A stretch of 63,871 nucleotides of DNA, filler included, from Reticulomyxa filosa (taxonomy: Eukaryota > Protista > Foraminifera), in NCBI GenBank assembly GCA_000512085.1. It is 30 parts of 30 records of this genome, joined end to end, with 100 filler letters (N's around TTAATTAATTAA, not from the genome) between each part and the next. Parts side by side here need not be neighbours in the genome. Positions count along the whole stretch, not along the records: positions 22,980 to 24,147 come from ASPP01040330.1; positions 24,248 to 26,901 come from ASPP01049244.1; positions 27,002 to 28,092 come from ASPP01046108.1; positions 28,193 to 29,322 come from ASPP01009850.1; positions 29,423 to 30,967 come from ASPP01029538.1; positions 31,068 to 36,137 come from ASPP01022280.1; positions 36,238 to 37,970 come from ASPP01034372.1; 23 more parts are not named here. One strand, written 5' to 3'. This document shows positions 23,331 through 36,646 of the stretch, one piece after another. Positions within the stretch are counted from its first letter, which is position 1. Every line of letters begins with the position of its first letter. The translations under genes were made by a program, and so were the position numbers. The notes beneath the pieces are model-generated. The model did no database searches, had not been told where the DNA came from, and saw nothing but the letters and a program-made list of their open reading frames with translations.

Positions 23331-24147
23331 CTTGTAGTTTTTAAATATTAATTTTTTTTTTTGATATTTTTAATTGGCATTTCAAAATTTTGATATTTAA
23401 AATGGTAAAACATTTTAGTGCTTTTAAGAAAGGAGATGCTGTTGGTATATTGGTTGGTGGAGCTAGAATTCGATCTGTAGCAAAGAAATTTAATGTAAGT
23501 ATAGCTTCGCTTTGATTTTGGCTGGCGTCATATAAGTGTAATGGAGCAGTAAAAAAAGCTGGATCTGGCAGGTCAGAGAAAATTCATAATGTCACAAAGC
23601 TAAAGAAATAATAGATTGGTTTAAAGAAAATAATATAGAACGATAAATTTTCCTCATAATTCAACAGACCTAAATCCAATTGAAAACATTTGGTGGATAA
23701 TTAAAGTAAAATTATACAAAGGCAAAAAAATTAACAACAAACAAGAACTTTGACAAAAATTTGAAAAAATATGGGAAAAAACTGACACTAAACTATGTCA
23801 AGATCTAGTTGAATCAATGCCAAGTAGAATTGAAGCTGTAATAAATACACAAAGAAAACAAATTTTTAACAAAAAAATATTTTTTAAAAAAATTTCAAAT
23901 AATCAAAAAAAAAAAGGTTTCAAAATTTTGCTAAAAACTACGAAGATAAAAGGCTAATTCTTTTTTTTAAAAGTATCTACGTGACTTGAAGATTCCTAAA
24001 ATGAAAACAGAAAGATTTAAAAATTTCTTATTCTCAATACAGTTTCAATTTATGTGAACTCCTAAAAATCATTTGAAAAAATCATATTTTTGATCAACTT
24101 AGAAAAAAACTTATTATAAAATCAATTTAATATTTAAAAACTACAAG
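23331..24147 (+). mobile_element. Internally deleted Tc1/mariner-family DNA transposon with terminal inverted repeats
   Basis: From ATG 23402: HTH-like RIRSVAKKFNVS and GSGR AT-hook, then a jump to CHKAK...WFKENNI...NSTDLNPIENIWW...LVESMPSRIEAVI (Tc1 SPDLNPIE motif). A perfect 21-bp inverted repeat CTTGTAGTTTTTAAATATTAA lies at 23331-23351 and 24127-24147 (contig end). Confidence 0.88.
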
Positions 24148-24800
24148 NNNNNNNNNNNNNNNNNNNNNNNNNNNNNNNNNNNNNNNNNNNNTTAATTAAT
24201 TAANNNNNNNNNNNNNNNNNNNNNNNNNNNNNNNNNNNNNNNNNNNNAAAAAAAAAGCGATTGAAGATAAAGAACAAAATCGATCGCCGACAGCCACGTT
24301 AACGAAATTCACCACCATGTTTTTTGCCCGTCCATGTTTCGCTTTTTCGTCTTCGCTTTCGTTTTCGTCCGCATTCTCATTCATTCTGCTTCTTCATTGC
24401 TTTATCAAATCTTGGGAAGCAAACATGTGTCGTGTGCTATCTTGCAATGTGGAGTTTTCAACGAAAAAATTATTGAAATATAGTTGTATAGTTGGTATTC
24501 TAACTCAACTGACGGAATTGTGCGAGGAAAGATCCATTTCAAGGTTATTTTCGATTTATTTATTCTTGTCTTGTTTTGATTTTACCTTATTGCATTCTAG
24601 TGCGCACCCGATATATCTTCGTTGTAGAATCTGCGGTCAGTGGTATGATTTGTTTATTTGTTTTTAGAAAAAATAAAATAAGTCATTGATTATTGTTGGA
24701 TGTTGTTTTTGTTAGAAAGCAAACTGACAGGAGCAATGATGACAACATCGATGACGAAAGCGAGACAACGCAACTGCCACAAGAGCAACAACCGAAAATC

Positions 24801-24943
24801 AAATTCAATATTGGAGATTACGTGCAGTTATTTCGACGGAAAGCGTGAGTGGTGAGTACATTGGAGAAACCTATTATCACGAAAGGAGAGCTATCGGTTT
24901 CGAGTTGGACATAATGGCAAAGCGCGGGAGAAGCAATGGATCT
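24801..24943 (+). pseudogene. Degenerate CAP-Gly domain exon of a decayed multi-exon gene
   Basis: FNIGDYVQL / DGKR / EYIGETYY...IGFELD...GRSNGS follows the CAP-Gly pattern (G.V.YIG......GIELD...GKNDGS). Frameshifted. Confidence 0.55.
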
Positions 24944-27001
24944 GAAAACATTGAATACGATCTTCCAATTGAAACCATTCAAACCCAACGATTGCGTAAT
25001 TTTCTCCAATGGAGGGGGCAAACAGGTTTCATCAAATGCATTGGTTATCCTCCTTTTGCTTAGCGAAGTTATTGTAATTGGATTAAGTTTTTTTTTAGAA
25101 ACAATTTTTCTAATGTGTAATGCTGTGTGTCCTTTTTTATAGACGTATCAATTCCTGGTGCTCATGATGTCGTATACAATAAATACCGATACTTTCAGGT
25201 GTTTTTTTTCACTTGAGCCAATTGACAATGACTTGACTTTAATGTAAAATATAGTATCCCAAGGAAGAGTTATTTTCGCCAAACAAGCCCAATTGCACGA
25301 TTCAATTGACCCCGGAAGTAAAAACCAAGCAATAGACGACAGCAACAGCGGAAGTGAAGAAACAAATACGGCATCGGATAACGGGTATAGATTAACACTG
25401 AAAAAAAAGGAATCTGACTATTTTTTTTTAAACGGTGTGCAATGATAGACTTTGAAATTTGAAAAAATAGAAAATATGATACCGAAAGGTGCCGATGGGC
25501 AGTATAATCAAATGAGCAGCTTCACGTGCAAGGTTTGTTATTGTTTGTCGATTGCTGTTGAGATAGAAGGGAGATTAGGGCAAATGAACAAAACAGAAAT
25601 TCAATATTTATGCTATCTTTGTTTTTTTAAAAAAAGACCTGGACGGTGGTATACTTATGCGGGAATATGGAATCAAAACGCCAATCGACGAAGACGACGT
25701 TCCAACACTGTATTTTGGAGGCCGAGTGAAATTAAGTCGTAGACGTCATCGACACATAAAATAATTGAAGGGTGGGCGAAGGAGAAATATATGTCATCGA
25801 TGTCGACTTATGGATTGGAGATTCAAAACGCTGAAGTGTGAAGAACAATGTGTTTCAATGGCGCTGACATAGCATAACTCGCTCACTCTTCAACATTGCA
25901 ACCAATTTGCTGCCCGAGACAACAGCGCAGCCCGAAAGAGCCTCAAAATAAATATAATCGAAGAAAATAACGATAATGATCTCGAATTGGGCGGAACTGT
26001 GGAATTGATCAATGATACTGTGGCCACGATCCGTGTCATCGGTGTCACGCTTTGCAAGCCTTCAATTCGTGTTGCTGCCTTTTTTTGCGAGGTTCTTATT
26101 GCATCCTATGAATCTAGTCTTGATCACAAAAACAAGTTAATTATGAATAATAACAAGTATACGTATAAACATGTACATATATATTTATTTATTCATTATT
26201 ACAAATAAAAAATAACACAAAACATAATTAGCTGTTTCGATTGTTTCAATGAAACGAACAATACCAATGTCGCGACGTAACAACGAAATTTCATCTTCGA
26301 CTTTGAAATGAAGTTAGTCGTCTTGATAGCATGTTTCGTCATCCAGTTTGGTGGTTTCTTATGTTAACAATTGCAGCGCATATCACAAGTTTTCGACGAT
26401 ATTGGACAGGCAATTGAAATAAAAGAATACTCAAATATAACCAAAAATAAATAACTTCTGACACTACAGTCAGTTGTATTATTATTCTACCGCTTCAGCT
26501 CGACTACAATAAGCACATATCTGGAAAAGCAACGGGTCCAATGAAACGAATAACTACTACTAGCGATCACCAATTTCAGGAGTCGTTGACAACGACTATG
26601 TGGTCTTTTTTTCATATTGACGAATCACCGCTTAGATACTTTCTGGTTGAACAAAGAATCGGCGATTTTGCCATCGTAAAGTATCTCTTGTTCAAAGCTG
26701 TCGTGTGCATTGTAATGCCAATTGTCCAAATGCATCCGATCCACTTGTTATCCGAGAATTCTTTGCCATAAAAGCTGGCCGCTCAGCAAATAAAACATTG
26801 ATAATCGTCTCCTTGTGGAGAGCGACATCACCTTTGAACAGTGCGCTCATGCGCATATACACTTTTTTTAAAATTTTCACAACCTTTTTTTTTTCTCTTT
26901 TNNNNNNNNNNNNNNNNNNNNNNNNNNNNNNNNNNNNNNNNNNNNTTAATTAATTAANNNNNNNNNNNNNNNNNNNNNNNNNNNNNNNNNNNNNNNNNNN
27001 N

Positions 27002-28092
27002 ACCTGATGAGCGAGGAGCTTGGTGTTATTGGCCAGAGTGGTGAGACAGGAAGAAAGAGTGCTCTCTTTCAAATTGAGTTGAACCAATTGACGATACTTG
27101 CCATCAAATTCCAAATATTTGGTTTTCAATTTCGTCAAATCTGTTTTGTTGCCTTTGATGTCGAGTTTCTCTAAAACGTAGTCAACGCCATGTGATTTGG
27201 TCTTGACATTGAACAACGACACTGAGTAGCCTTTAAACACCGCGTGTTCGGCAACAATCATTTCGCCAATGCCAGCTCTGTCTTTTTCCAACAGCAATGC
27301 GAGTTTTGGTATGCAAATGCCTCCTTTGTTTTTTTCTTTGTAAACACCTAAAACTTCGTCAATGTGCTTGTTGATGTCGTCTTTGAAGCTGAAGATATGG
27401 ACGGACATGATCTTCATTGCAATCAATTTCGGAATGACATTTTCCGCTTGCGGATTATCTACAGATTCTTTTTTCAATTGTTGCACACGATCGAGTACCA
27501 GATTTTCAAGATTGTCCAGCTGCGACTTTACAACGCTGGTGAGAATCAAATTCTTTTTCATGGACAGAAAGCAGTTGTAACACAGATTGATATTGTCGCA
27601 ATCGATGGGGGACCATTTCAAATGCTTTTCAATCTTTTTCGTGTGTTCATTGACCTGCGTTTCCAAAGTCAAAAAACAATTATCAACCAACTGCTTGCAA
27701 TTGTGCAAATGAGATTTTGATTGCTGTTGTTGTTGTTGTTGTACCAAATGTTGAAGAAAGTCAAGTTGTCCTTTCAAAGCCTTGAAATAGCGATTTCTTG
27801 CAGTGTCATTCGTTTTGGTTTTGTCATTGATAATGCCTTTGTTCACAATCTCTTCCGTCATTTTTTTCAACTGCAAGTCCAAGTCCATGAGCATATCGGA
27901 GTACGTCTTGAAGTTGGCATTGAGTCCAGCATTGTTATTCCGCATGAACATGTTAATCTTGCCAAGAAGGTCATTGGTGTCATTGCCAACCACTTGCATA
28001 ACGTCCAAGGCCGTGCGTATTTCGTCGACGTCCATGCTGCTGATCCCATGTTTGTATCTCTGCTCAATCGACGCAAAATACTGATGGATTGC
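27002..28092 (-). CDS. Internal fragment of a large helical/coiled-coil hypothetical protein
   Basis: One stop-free frame of about 350 codons spans essentially the whole contig, includes a poly-Gln tract and is open at the 3' contig edge. Confidence 0.8.
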
Positions 28093-28443
28093 NNNNNNNN
28101 NNNNNNNNNNNNNNNNNNNNNNNNNNNNNNNNNNNNTTAATTAATTAANNNNNNNNNNNNNNNNNNNNNNNNNNNNNNNNNNNNNNNNNNNNTTCCGAAA
28201 TCTGATTGTTTTGTAAGCATCGACATTGCTGCTCGTACTTACTCTACTTCTGAGTCCAATAAAACATTTACGTTTTTTATAAAAAGAAGTGTTTGTTGGA
28301 TTTGCCATGATAATCCACAAAATAATACTGGTTACTCTTTTTTTTTTTTTTTTACAAAGATCATGAAAATATTTTAAAATACAATTTGTATTTGCACTTA
28401 TTGACCAAAAAAAAAAAGATAACGCTTTGAAAAAAATCAAGTA

Positions 28444-29140
28444 TATGACTTTTGAGGTACTAACGTGCAGAGAACTTTTTTGGCGCACGGAAGGTTGTAT
28501 GTTTCTTGTCTTCGTGATCACATTTCTGTCCAAACTTTCCGAGAGTGTCACCTGCGACGGATGTGCCTATGGAATTTCACGAACGGGTTCTTTATGTGAT
28601 GGACAAAGTACAGCCTGTGTGGCAGGTAACGACCGAAGCACAGTGCCCTCCCCTTCCCTTTTCATCAAAAAAAAAAAAAAAAAGCCAAGAGTGTGAACAA
28701 AAAATATGAAGTATGTATACATCACATATAAAGAAGAATTACGTGTATGTAAAAAAAAAAAAAAAAAAAAAAAGGCGATTGTGAAGTGTTTGTAACGAGT
28801 AAAGTGTACGCGTGCTACGGGAATTGGAGTACCGGTGGCATAAGTAATGCGGCGTTTCTATGTGCGCAGAGCTATGAGGTATGCCCGTCTGCAGCGCGTG
28901 CAAGTGCATTAGGTTTGCAGTCGGGCGTATGTGGCAGCTTTCGAAACAAGATAGCGTTCTTTGCGACGTTGGAGAGCAGTTCCGGGAACCTGAACTGCAA
29001 TGACAATGGTCAAGGGACGGATGACGTCTGGGGCTGTGCAGACACAAACCCTACCCCAACACCTGCACATTGTTACAGCAACTGTGATCCCTTGCGAGCT
29101 TTCTATTCCACGACTTGTTTCTCTCAAGGCGGATGGAGTT
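28444..29140 (+). CDS. Cysteine-rich, probably secreted protein (partial, at least 2 exons)
   Basis: Signal-like MFLVFVITFLSKLSES followed by CDGC...C...C. A GT-AG intron at 28626-28774 joins in frame to GDCEVFVTSKVYACYGNW...DDVWGC. Confidence 0.65.
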
Positions 29141-29422
29141 ATAACAACAACAACAGCAACAACAACAATATATACATATACATATATTACATATATGTAT
29201 ATGTAATATTTATTATTATTACAAATTTTTTTTTTTTTTTTTGGAAAAAAATTTTTATTTCGAGTGATCATGTGGGGACTACACGTCCATTGCACACAAA
29301 AATGTGTATGCATTTTCATATTNNNNNNNNNNNNNNNNNNNNNNNNNNNNNNNNNNNNNNNNNNNNTTAATTAATTAANNNNNNNNNNNNNNNNNNNNNN
29401 NNNNNNNNNNNNNNNNNNNNNN

Positions 29423-30967
29423 GGCAGCGGCCGCGTACCTTAGAGAAATTGTGAACAACAACGACCAAACAGCCTGGTCCAAGTGGATGCTGCTAATTCG
29501 CTAATACTATGGGTTCCTGGTAGGGGGGGAAAGCACACACAAATACATTGTTAACAACGTTAAGGAAAAGAATGCAGAAATGGAAACAAAAATCATTTAA
29601 CACACTATGGCAAGAATACCTGGATCATTCAATCGATTCCAAAACACCGCAAAATCGCCAGCCAACCAGCAAAACGGACACGCAGGCTCAAACCAGATGT
29701 CTTAATTTTGTGTCATTTGGGGAATACTCCAAAGCCTTCAAGTCCTTGACCCCTTCCCCATCCGTGATATACAACCAATCAACGATCGACGCCCTTGCTG
29801 CCAAACACCCAGACGAACCACCATGCACGTCCGACCTCGATCCTCATAGTCCCTCACCCAAAATTGACCCGATTTCGTTAGAGGAAATGCGAGAATATAT
29901 CCGTAAATTGGGCAGGTCATCAACTGGAGGGATAGACCTTTTCTCGGCCCAACTACTCATCGATTTGGAGCCATACGAAATTGAGTCCGATGTCATTTCT
30001 CTATGGGCCAGAGTAGCCGATTTAATATGTCAAGGCAAAGTCCATGAAGCGGGGGCACCAGTCGCCTATGGTGCGAGGTTGATTGCAATCGTGAAACCAG
30101 ACGGGTCGCCAAGACCAATCGCCATCGGCTCGCTCCTTCGTCGTTCGGCAGCAGCTATTTTGTGTAAGAGATTTGTGGACAAGATCAAAGACATCGTCGG
30201 CGTCCACCAAAGAGACAGCAAAACTGGCATCGAAATTTTTGTCCACGGTTTCAAAACCGCAATCCAACACGCCAAACATACCAAAGGAGCCGTCGTCAAG
30301 ATAGACTTTCAAAATACCTTTAATTCAATCAAAAGGTCCAAAATGATACATTTAGTCCACCATCAGATACCAGAGTTGGCAGTCTACGTTAACGGATGCT
30401 ATTCTAAGCACGTTCCACTGTTCCTGCCGACGGAGCAAGTGATTCAATCGCGGACGGACGTCCACCAAGGGGATCCATTGGGCAGTGCGTTGTTTGCTAT
30501 TGTCCTAGCGGACGCAACAAATATCGCTTTTGTCGGCCTCACAAATTTTTACCATGCCGCCTACCATGACGACCTCACCATTGTGGCTGATGCTGCCAAC
30601 ACACTAAACGTACTTACGGCACTCAACACTTCGCACGTGCTTCAAATCAATCTTAACAAATGTGAGTGGATCGCCCCCGCAGACGTATCCCCACCCAAAG
30701 CTTTCAAACAATTCCGCACAACAAGTCCTTCAATACACAAATTGTCAGCACTCCTATCGGAGACGACAACTACAAGGCAAACATCATGGATGAAAAAGCA
30801 AACATCTGGCAGCGGCAATTCCAAAAACTCACTACGCTCCAACATCACCAGCCTTCTCTCCTTCTACTCCGGCACTCAATGCAACTATCCAAAGTGGAGT
30901 ACTTCCTCCGAACGAACTTTGCCGCCCATCGCCTACCGTGGATATCCAAATTCGATGGGGGCATCCG
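29423..30967 (+). mobile_element. Non-LTR retrotransposon reverse transcriptase, CRE-clade-like; partial and frameshifted
   Basis: RT motifs RPIAIGSLLRR, VKIDFQNTFNS, QGDPLGSALF, YHDD (30562-30573) and INLNKCE. After a frameshift near 30700-30725, the alternative frame gives TPIGD...LLLLRHS...KVEYFLRT, typical of CRE-type thumb regions. Confidence 0.88.
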
Positions 30968-32429
30968 NNNNNNNNNNNNNNNNNNNNNNNNNNNNNNNNN
31001 NNNNNNNNNNNTTAATTAATTAANNNNNNNNNNNNNNNNNNNNNNNNNNNNNNNNNNNNNNNNNNNNAAGAATGAAATGTAAAATTTAAATTCAAAAAAA
31101 TATCTTCAGTGGCCACTTTTTCACTTCAGTTAGTAAAGTTTAGCTGTACGTCTTTAACTAACCCTGTATTCCATACAATCTACATGTAGTATAGCAATCA
31201 TTTGCTGGTTAGAGTTACAAATGTTTCACATGCCAGAAGTAATCCAAAGATAACGCGGCGCACGGAAATTTCAAGATATTTCTTTACTTTTTCATTTTTT
31301 TTTAAGATAAATACAATTTATATTGAAAAAAATTCTTCAATTGGAAAGACAGTTAAAATAGTCCTCATTTATCTGCAAATTCTCTAATCGTAAAAAAAAC
31401 TGCATTGTGCAACTACAAAGATCTATTAAAGATCACAATAGGCATCCACTTTTTGTATAATACAAAATTGCTTATCTTCCATTGAACGTAAAAAATTGAA
31501 CATTTTTATGCAAAATCGTTAAAATTGTTTTCTTCTCAGTAAATGTAAGTTTCACGCTCACAAAACAAATAACTTTTTGGCAATAAGAATGGTGTAATTA
31601 TCTTTGAGTCAAATTAAGGCGAAATACTAATGTTTGTTTAAGTTTCCAAAAAAAACTTCCACTTATGTCACTTTATTTTTAATTGCTTATTGCATTTTTT
31701 GTACATCAAATCTTCATTAGGTTATTCTTTCAATTTCAGGCCGAAACCACAAAATCTCTAACACCTTCTAAGTTGGCACAAAATTAACTTCTTTAACTTA
31801 AGGTAAAAGCACGAAAGACAAGTAAATAAAAAAAATGGAACTAGAAACTCTTTATTGACGTTTCAGAATTAGCCAAATGAAATCATTTATATAACTAATT
31901 TCATAAGTTTTTTTAAACATTATTATTACTAACTCTTTTAGAATTAGCTGACTTAAAAATATTCAACTCTTAAAAAATGTGCATTGAATGTTCATATTTC
32001 TGAACATATGTTTATTTAAATAAATAGACTAACGATCTGATAACATATTTTTATACGAACAATCCAATCGAAAAAAGGAAATAAAATAAGTTTATTTTGA
32101 ATTGATTTTATATTCATTTGCGATTTGAAAAGATATTTTAATTAAAATGTTGTAATTTGCAACACAATATAAATTTTATTGTAATTGATAAATTAAATAA
32201 AATTATCATTTTCAATTTGAAATTTAAATATTTAAAGTCTCATATATTCAAAAATAAATACATGAACGACACTTTTTTTTACAAAGTATTATTCTAATAC
32301 TTAACGAAAATTTTTGTAAAATTTAAATTTAATATCTTTTCTTCATTTGGTTTGTTGTTTAGCACACAATTTCATCCAATTCCATTTCATATAGCTTTTC
32401 AATAATGTTTTATACAATTTCAAAAGTGT

Positions 32430-32850
32430 CATGTCATCCCATTTATCATTATCCAATGATGAAGATTGTTTATCTTGCCTTGACAAATAACAAAATATCT
32501 TAAATACAAAGGTGTGTGACTCAATAATTTTAAATTTGAACTATTGTTCGATTTTTTTATCAATGTATTTGATTCATTATTATAATATTTTTTATGTCTT
32601 TGAAATAAGAACAATATAAGTTCGGATATCTTGTGTTTTAAATCCTATGACATTCAATATTCTTGGATTATTAGATATGAATACATTGTATTGGTTTGAT
32701 TTGTTATCATGATGGAATAGTTTTCATTTGAAGTATAATGTTGCAACCATGGTTGCAAATTAGTATTTTTTTCAATTTCATCAAATCCACCTAATAATAA
32801 CAGCAGTCTATTCATTGAATGTACAACACATTTGGTATCACAAATCGGAA
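32430..32850 (-). pseudogene. Decayed NACHT-type NTPase fragment
   Basis: RLLLLLGGFDEI (Walker B-like; compare ILDGFDEI in the NACHT ORF at 58321-59900) and NLKLLSHTPLYLR (PLxL motif). Multiple stops. Confidence 0.6.
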
Positions 32851-34369
32851 TATTTTATGAAGAAAATAAACATCAACATAAAGAAATTGGACAATAAGCC
32901 AAATTTAAAATTTGAGTCATACCTTTGTATTTGAGTTTGTGTAAAACATTGAATGCTAGTGATCAATGTAAAAGTAATATTATTTGTTTTCTGTTTTTAC
33001 ATAGTTTAATGGATTTTGATTTTATTTTACAATGAACAATTTATAATCATAATTGCAACAGTAGCTGATACACGTGCTAAAAAACTTTCAAACCACAGAC
33101 AATCAAAGCACAGTTTTGCCAACGAATGTGTTGTTGTTGATATCTTTGATTTAAATTTCTCATTAACATTATTTTTGCATAAAATTCTTTTAAAATTAAT
33201 TGATTAAAAATATATGAAACTCTTTAAAAATGTGTCTTGAATGTGCTTATTTTCGAACATAAGCTTATTTATTTACAATAATAAATAATAAATATGTACT
33301 TTTCTGAAGAAATTTGTATTAATGAATGCTATATTCATTTGTGATCTTAAAAAAGAAATTCAAATAATCGAAACAATATTCAAAAATTGTTGTTGTCAAC
33401 ATGTTCGCGAAATGACTTATCTGTTTGTTATTTGCATAAATAAATCCAAATTTTGCGATAAACATTCAAACTTTGTTGCAAAAGACAATTACGTTCAAAA
33501 CAAAAAATTTTGAAAAAGTGTTGTTCATGTACTTATTTTGAACTAGTACTTTTTTTAAATAAATGACAATTTTTGTACATTTAAACAGGTGCGAACTTAC
33601 TTTAACTAGAATAATATAAAAAAACTTATGCGTGAAAGAGAATATGTTAAATGATAACACAAATTCAAAAAATCATAACGTGATTTCAAATGAATTTTTG
33701 CTTATATCATTTCATATAACAAAACACAACTAATAACGCATTTGTCACAATATCGTTTTTAAAATCATTGGGTTCTTTCATCAAATATTTACAATGTGAC
33801 AAGAAATAAAGAAACAGTTTGAAATTGTCAATGATACCGATGATTCTACAAGTACAAATAGTACTAACATCAAACAGTATGGTAGGTTGTGCGAACAAAA
33901 ATTATGCAGATAAATGATGAAAAACACAAGTGACATCAAAATTCACTGCTATCATTTTGCAAACTTATTTGTAATTTTCAAATGTAGCAAAGGTATACGT
34001 ATTTGCTTATTCTTCGTCTGGAGAACGGAAGAGAAGAACAAACAAATGAACTCTTGGTGTGAGCAGTAACGTCCACTGACTGCCAGAAGGTCTCTCCTAC
34101 AATGAAAAGTAAAGTTGAATGTAACAAGAAGTTACTTTCTGGTCGAATTTTTGAAAAGCCAACGTCTTGTCTCTGTTTTTTGAGAGAATTGACGAAAAAC
34201 AAGCCGTCTTCTGTGTTTAAAAAAAAGTAGCTGCTTTGACAAATAAAAATAACAAAATATTTTTGAGAAATTCTGATATTTATCAAAATTTGTTTGCTAT
34301 AACAAAGCAATAATTCTAAGCCACATTTTTTAAGAAAAACGATAGTATTTTACAATTTCTCTATATGAG

Positions 34370-35480
34370 AAAAACGAACATTCGTTATTCTTTCAAATTA
34401 AAAGCTTTGCCCATTGAACAAAATATTTGCCGAAGTCCGAATACTTTATTTCAAAAAATGGCAACATCATTAAATAACAAATAAGTTTTTGCGAAGATAG
34501 GAAAAAAGTCCTTTATGACGTATACTCTTTTGCATTGTCATTATTTGTATCTGTTTCTATATTTTGTTATTAAAGATAAAAAATCTTCGACTGTTTGTAA
34601 TACAAATTTGTAGATTCTGTGCTTGTACTGTTATTGTCATTGGTTATGTTTTTGTACCGTCGTAATTAGAATTGATAACTCATTTAGAAACTTATTCTGG
34701 TTTTCCAAAAAGACAGACGTATTCATTTCGGAACTTCAGGAATAATGATGTAATGACAAATCAAAAGAATTAACATTTTTTTGATGGGCACACCAATGTT
34801 TTCATTAAAAATCCGAAAATAAGTTCTTTCCAACATCCATTAGACATAAAGATCAAATGTTTTTTTATTTATTGTTGCAGAATATTATATTGGTTTTTTT
34901 TATCTGTTTGATTTGTATTGCAAATATTAATTTCGTAAAAGTTTAATCATTTTGAGCAAGTTTTTAATGAAAAAGACAGACAACATATTTATTTATTTTC
35001 GGATTTTTAAATGAAAACATTGATTAATTCTTTTGATTTGTACTTACATTGTTATTACTGAACTCCGAAAATGAGTAAGTCTGTCTTTTTGGATAAACCA
35101 GAATAATTTCTAAATAATTATCAATTCTAATTACAACGGTACAAGCACAATTTACAACTAATTTTATGTCTCTTTGACAAAATAGTGTTATTTATCTTTG
35201 AAACGGAAAAAAAATAGAACAAACTATTTAGAATGATATGTGTATTACAAAAAGTCGAATATTTTTGAAGTGTTTTTTTGTTTAGCTTCAATAACAAAAT
35301 AATGGAAACAGATACAAATAATGACAACGCAAAAGAGTATACGTCATAAAGGATTTTCTATATCACAAAAACTTTATTTGCTGTCATTTTCTTGAAATAA
35401 AGTATTCGGACTTCTGCAAATATTTTGTTCAATGGACAAACTTCTTTTGATTTGAAAGAACAACGAAATATCCGTTTTTT
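34370..35480. repeat. Long imperfect inverted repeat (arms about 34370-34825 and 34993-35480)
   Basis: For example CCTTTATGACGTATACTCTTTTGC (about 34510) against GCAAAAGAGTATACGTCATAAAGG (about 35330), and GAAGTCCGAATACTTTATTTC against GAAATAAAGTATTCGGACTTC. Confidence 0.9.
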
Positions 35481-36646
35481 TGCAGACGACTTTCTTTGCA
35501 TGATTCATCTTCATACATAGTTAGGAATCATTATCTCAAAAAAAAGAAGAATGATCGAAATGATGCAACAACTGAATTGCTAAACGTATCGTCGATATCT
35601 ATTTGCAATGCATTTCATAGAGAAATTGTAATAGTACTGTTATTTTTCTTTAAAAGATATGGAATTATTGTTTTGTCAAAGTGGAAGTATAGCAATTAAA
35701 TTTTGATAAATGTGAAAATATACCAAATGACATTGATTTTTTTGATTTTGCTCTATTAAACTCTTGTTTAACATATCCTCTTTTATGATATAAGTTTTTA
35801 GTTCAAATTTATTTAAATTATACAAAAATTGCCAAATGTAATGTATTGAAAAATGAGTACATGAACAACACTTTTTAAAATTTTTTACCAACCATTTTTT
35901 TTGTTTGAACAGAATTGCTTTCCGTAACAAAGTTTGTATGTTTATTACGAAATTTGAACATTTGCTCATGCAAATAATAAGAAACAAATCATTTCATATC
36001 ATTATAACAATTTTTTTGTGAATATTGTTTATCAATATTGACGACATTGTTTTAATAATTTAGATTTCTTTTTCATGTCATAAATAAACGCAATATTTAT
36101 TCATAAATTAGATTTCTTCAGATAAGTACATATTTATNNNNNNNNNNNNNNNNNNNNNNNNNNNNNNNNNNNNNNNNNNNNTTAATTAATTAANNNNNNN
36201 NNNNNNNNNNNNNNNNNNNNNNNNNNNNNNNNNNNNNTGAGCCTATTTTACATTGTATTTGTAATGCATTACAAATACAATTTCTGTCAAGAATGCAATA
36301 TCTTCCAACATCCAAACCGTTTTTGGACGTTTTTAAGGAGGTTGGATTTATTGTCATTGTATTAATAGATTCCTTCTTCATTATAGATAAACACAGAATA
36401 TTTTTTTCTACAACAAAGAGGACATCATTTTGGTTGAATTTACTATATTTTTTCTCTTTTTTAAATAGTTAAAATAAAGTGTAATTCCGTAAGTCACGAG
36501 TAATTCGTCTAAACTACAAAAAAAAACTAGTTTTAATAAAGTTCAAAGGGGAGGGGGAAACGTTTTTGATTTCCTCTTGTGCAGAGCGAGAAAAAGGCTC
36601 AAAATTATCATTTTGCCTTTGATTTAAGAGACTCAATTGGAGTTGA

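Noticed and set aside
26950-31023. RT next to Cys-rich and coiled-coil genes as a retron, DGR or defence operon
   Set aside because: The genes are on different contigs separated by linkers. The RT is a eukaryotic non-LTR type, and no template/variable repeat pair or msr-msd structure was seen.
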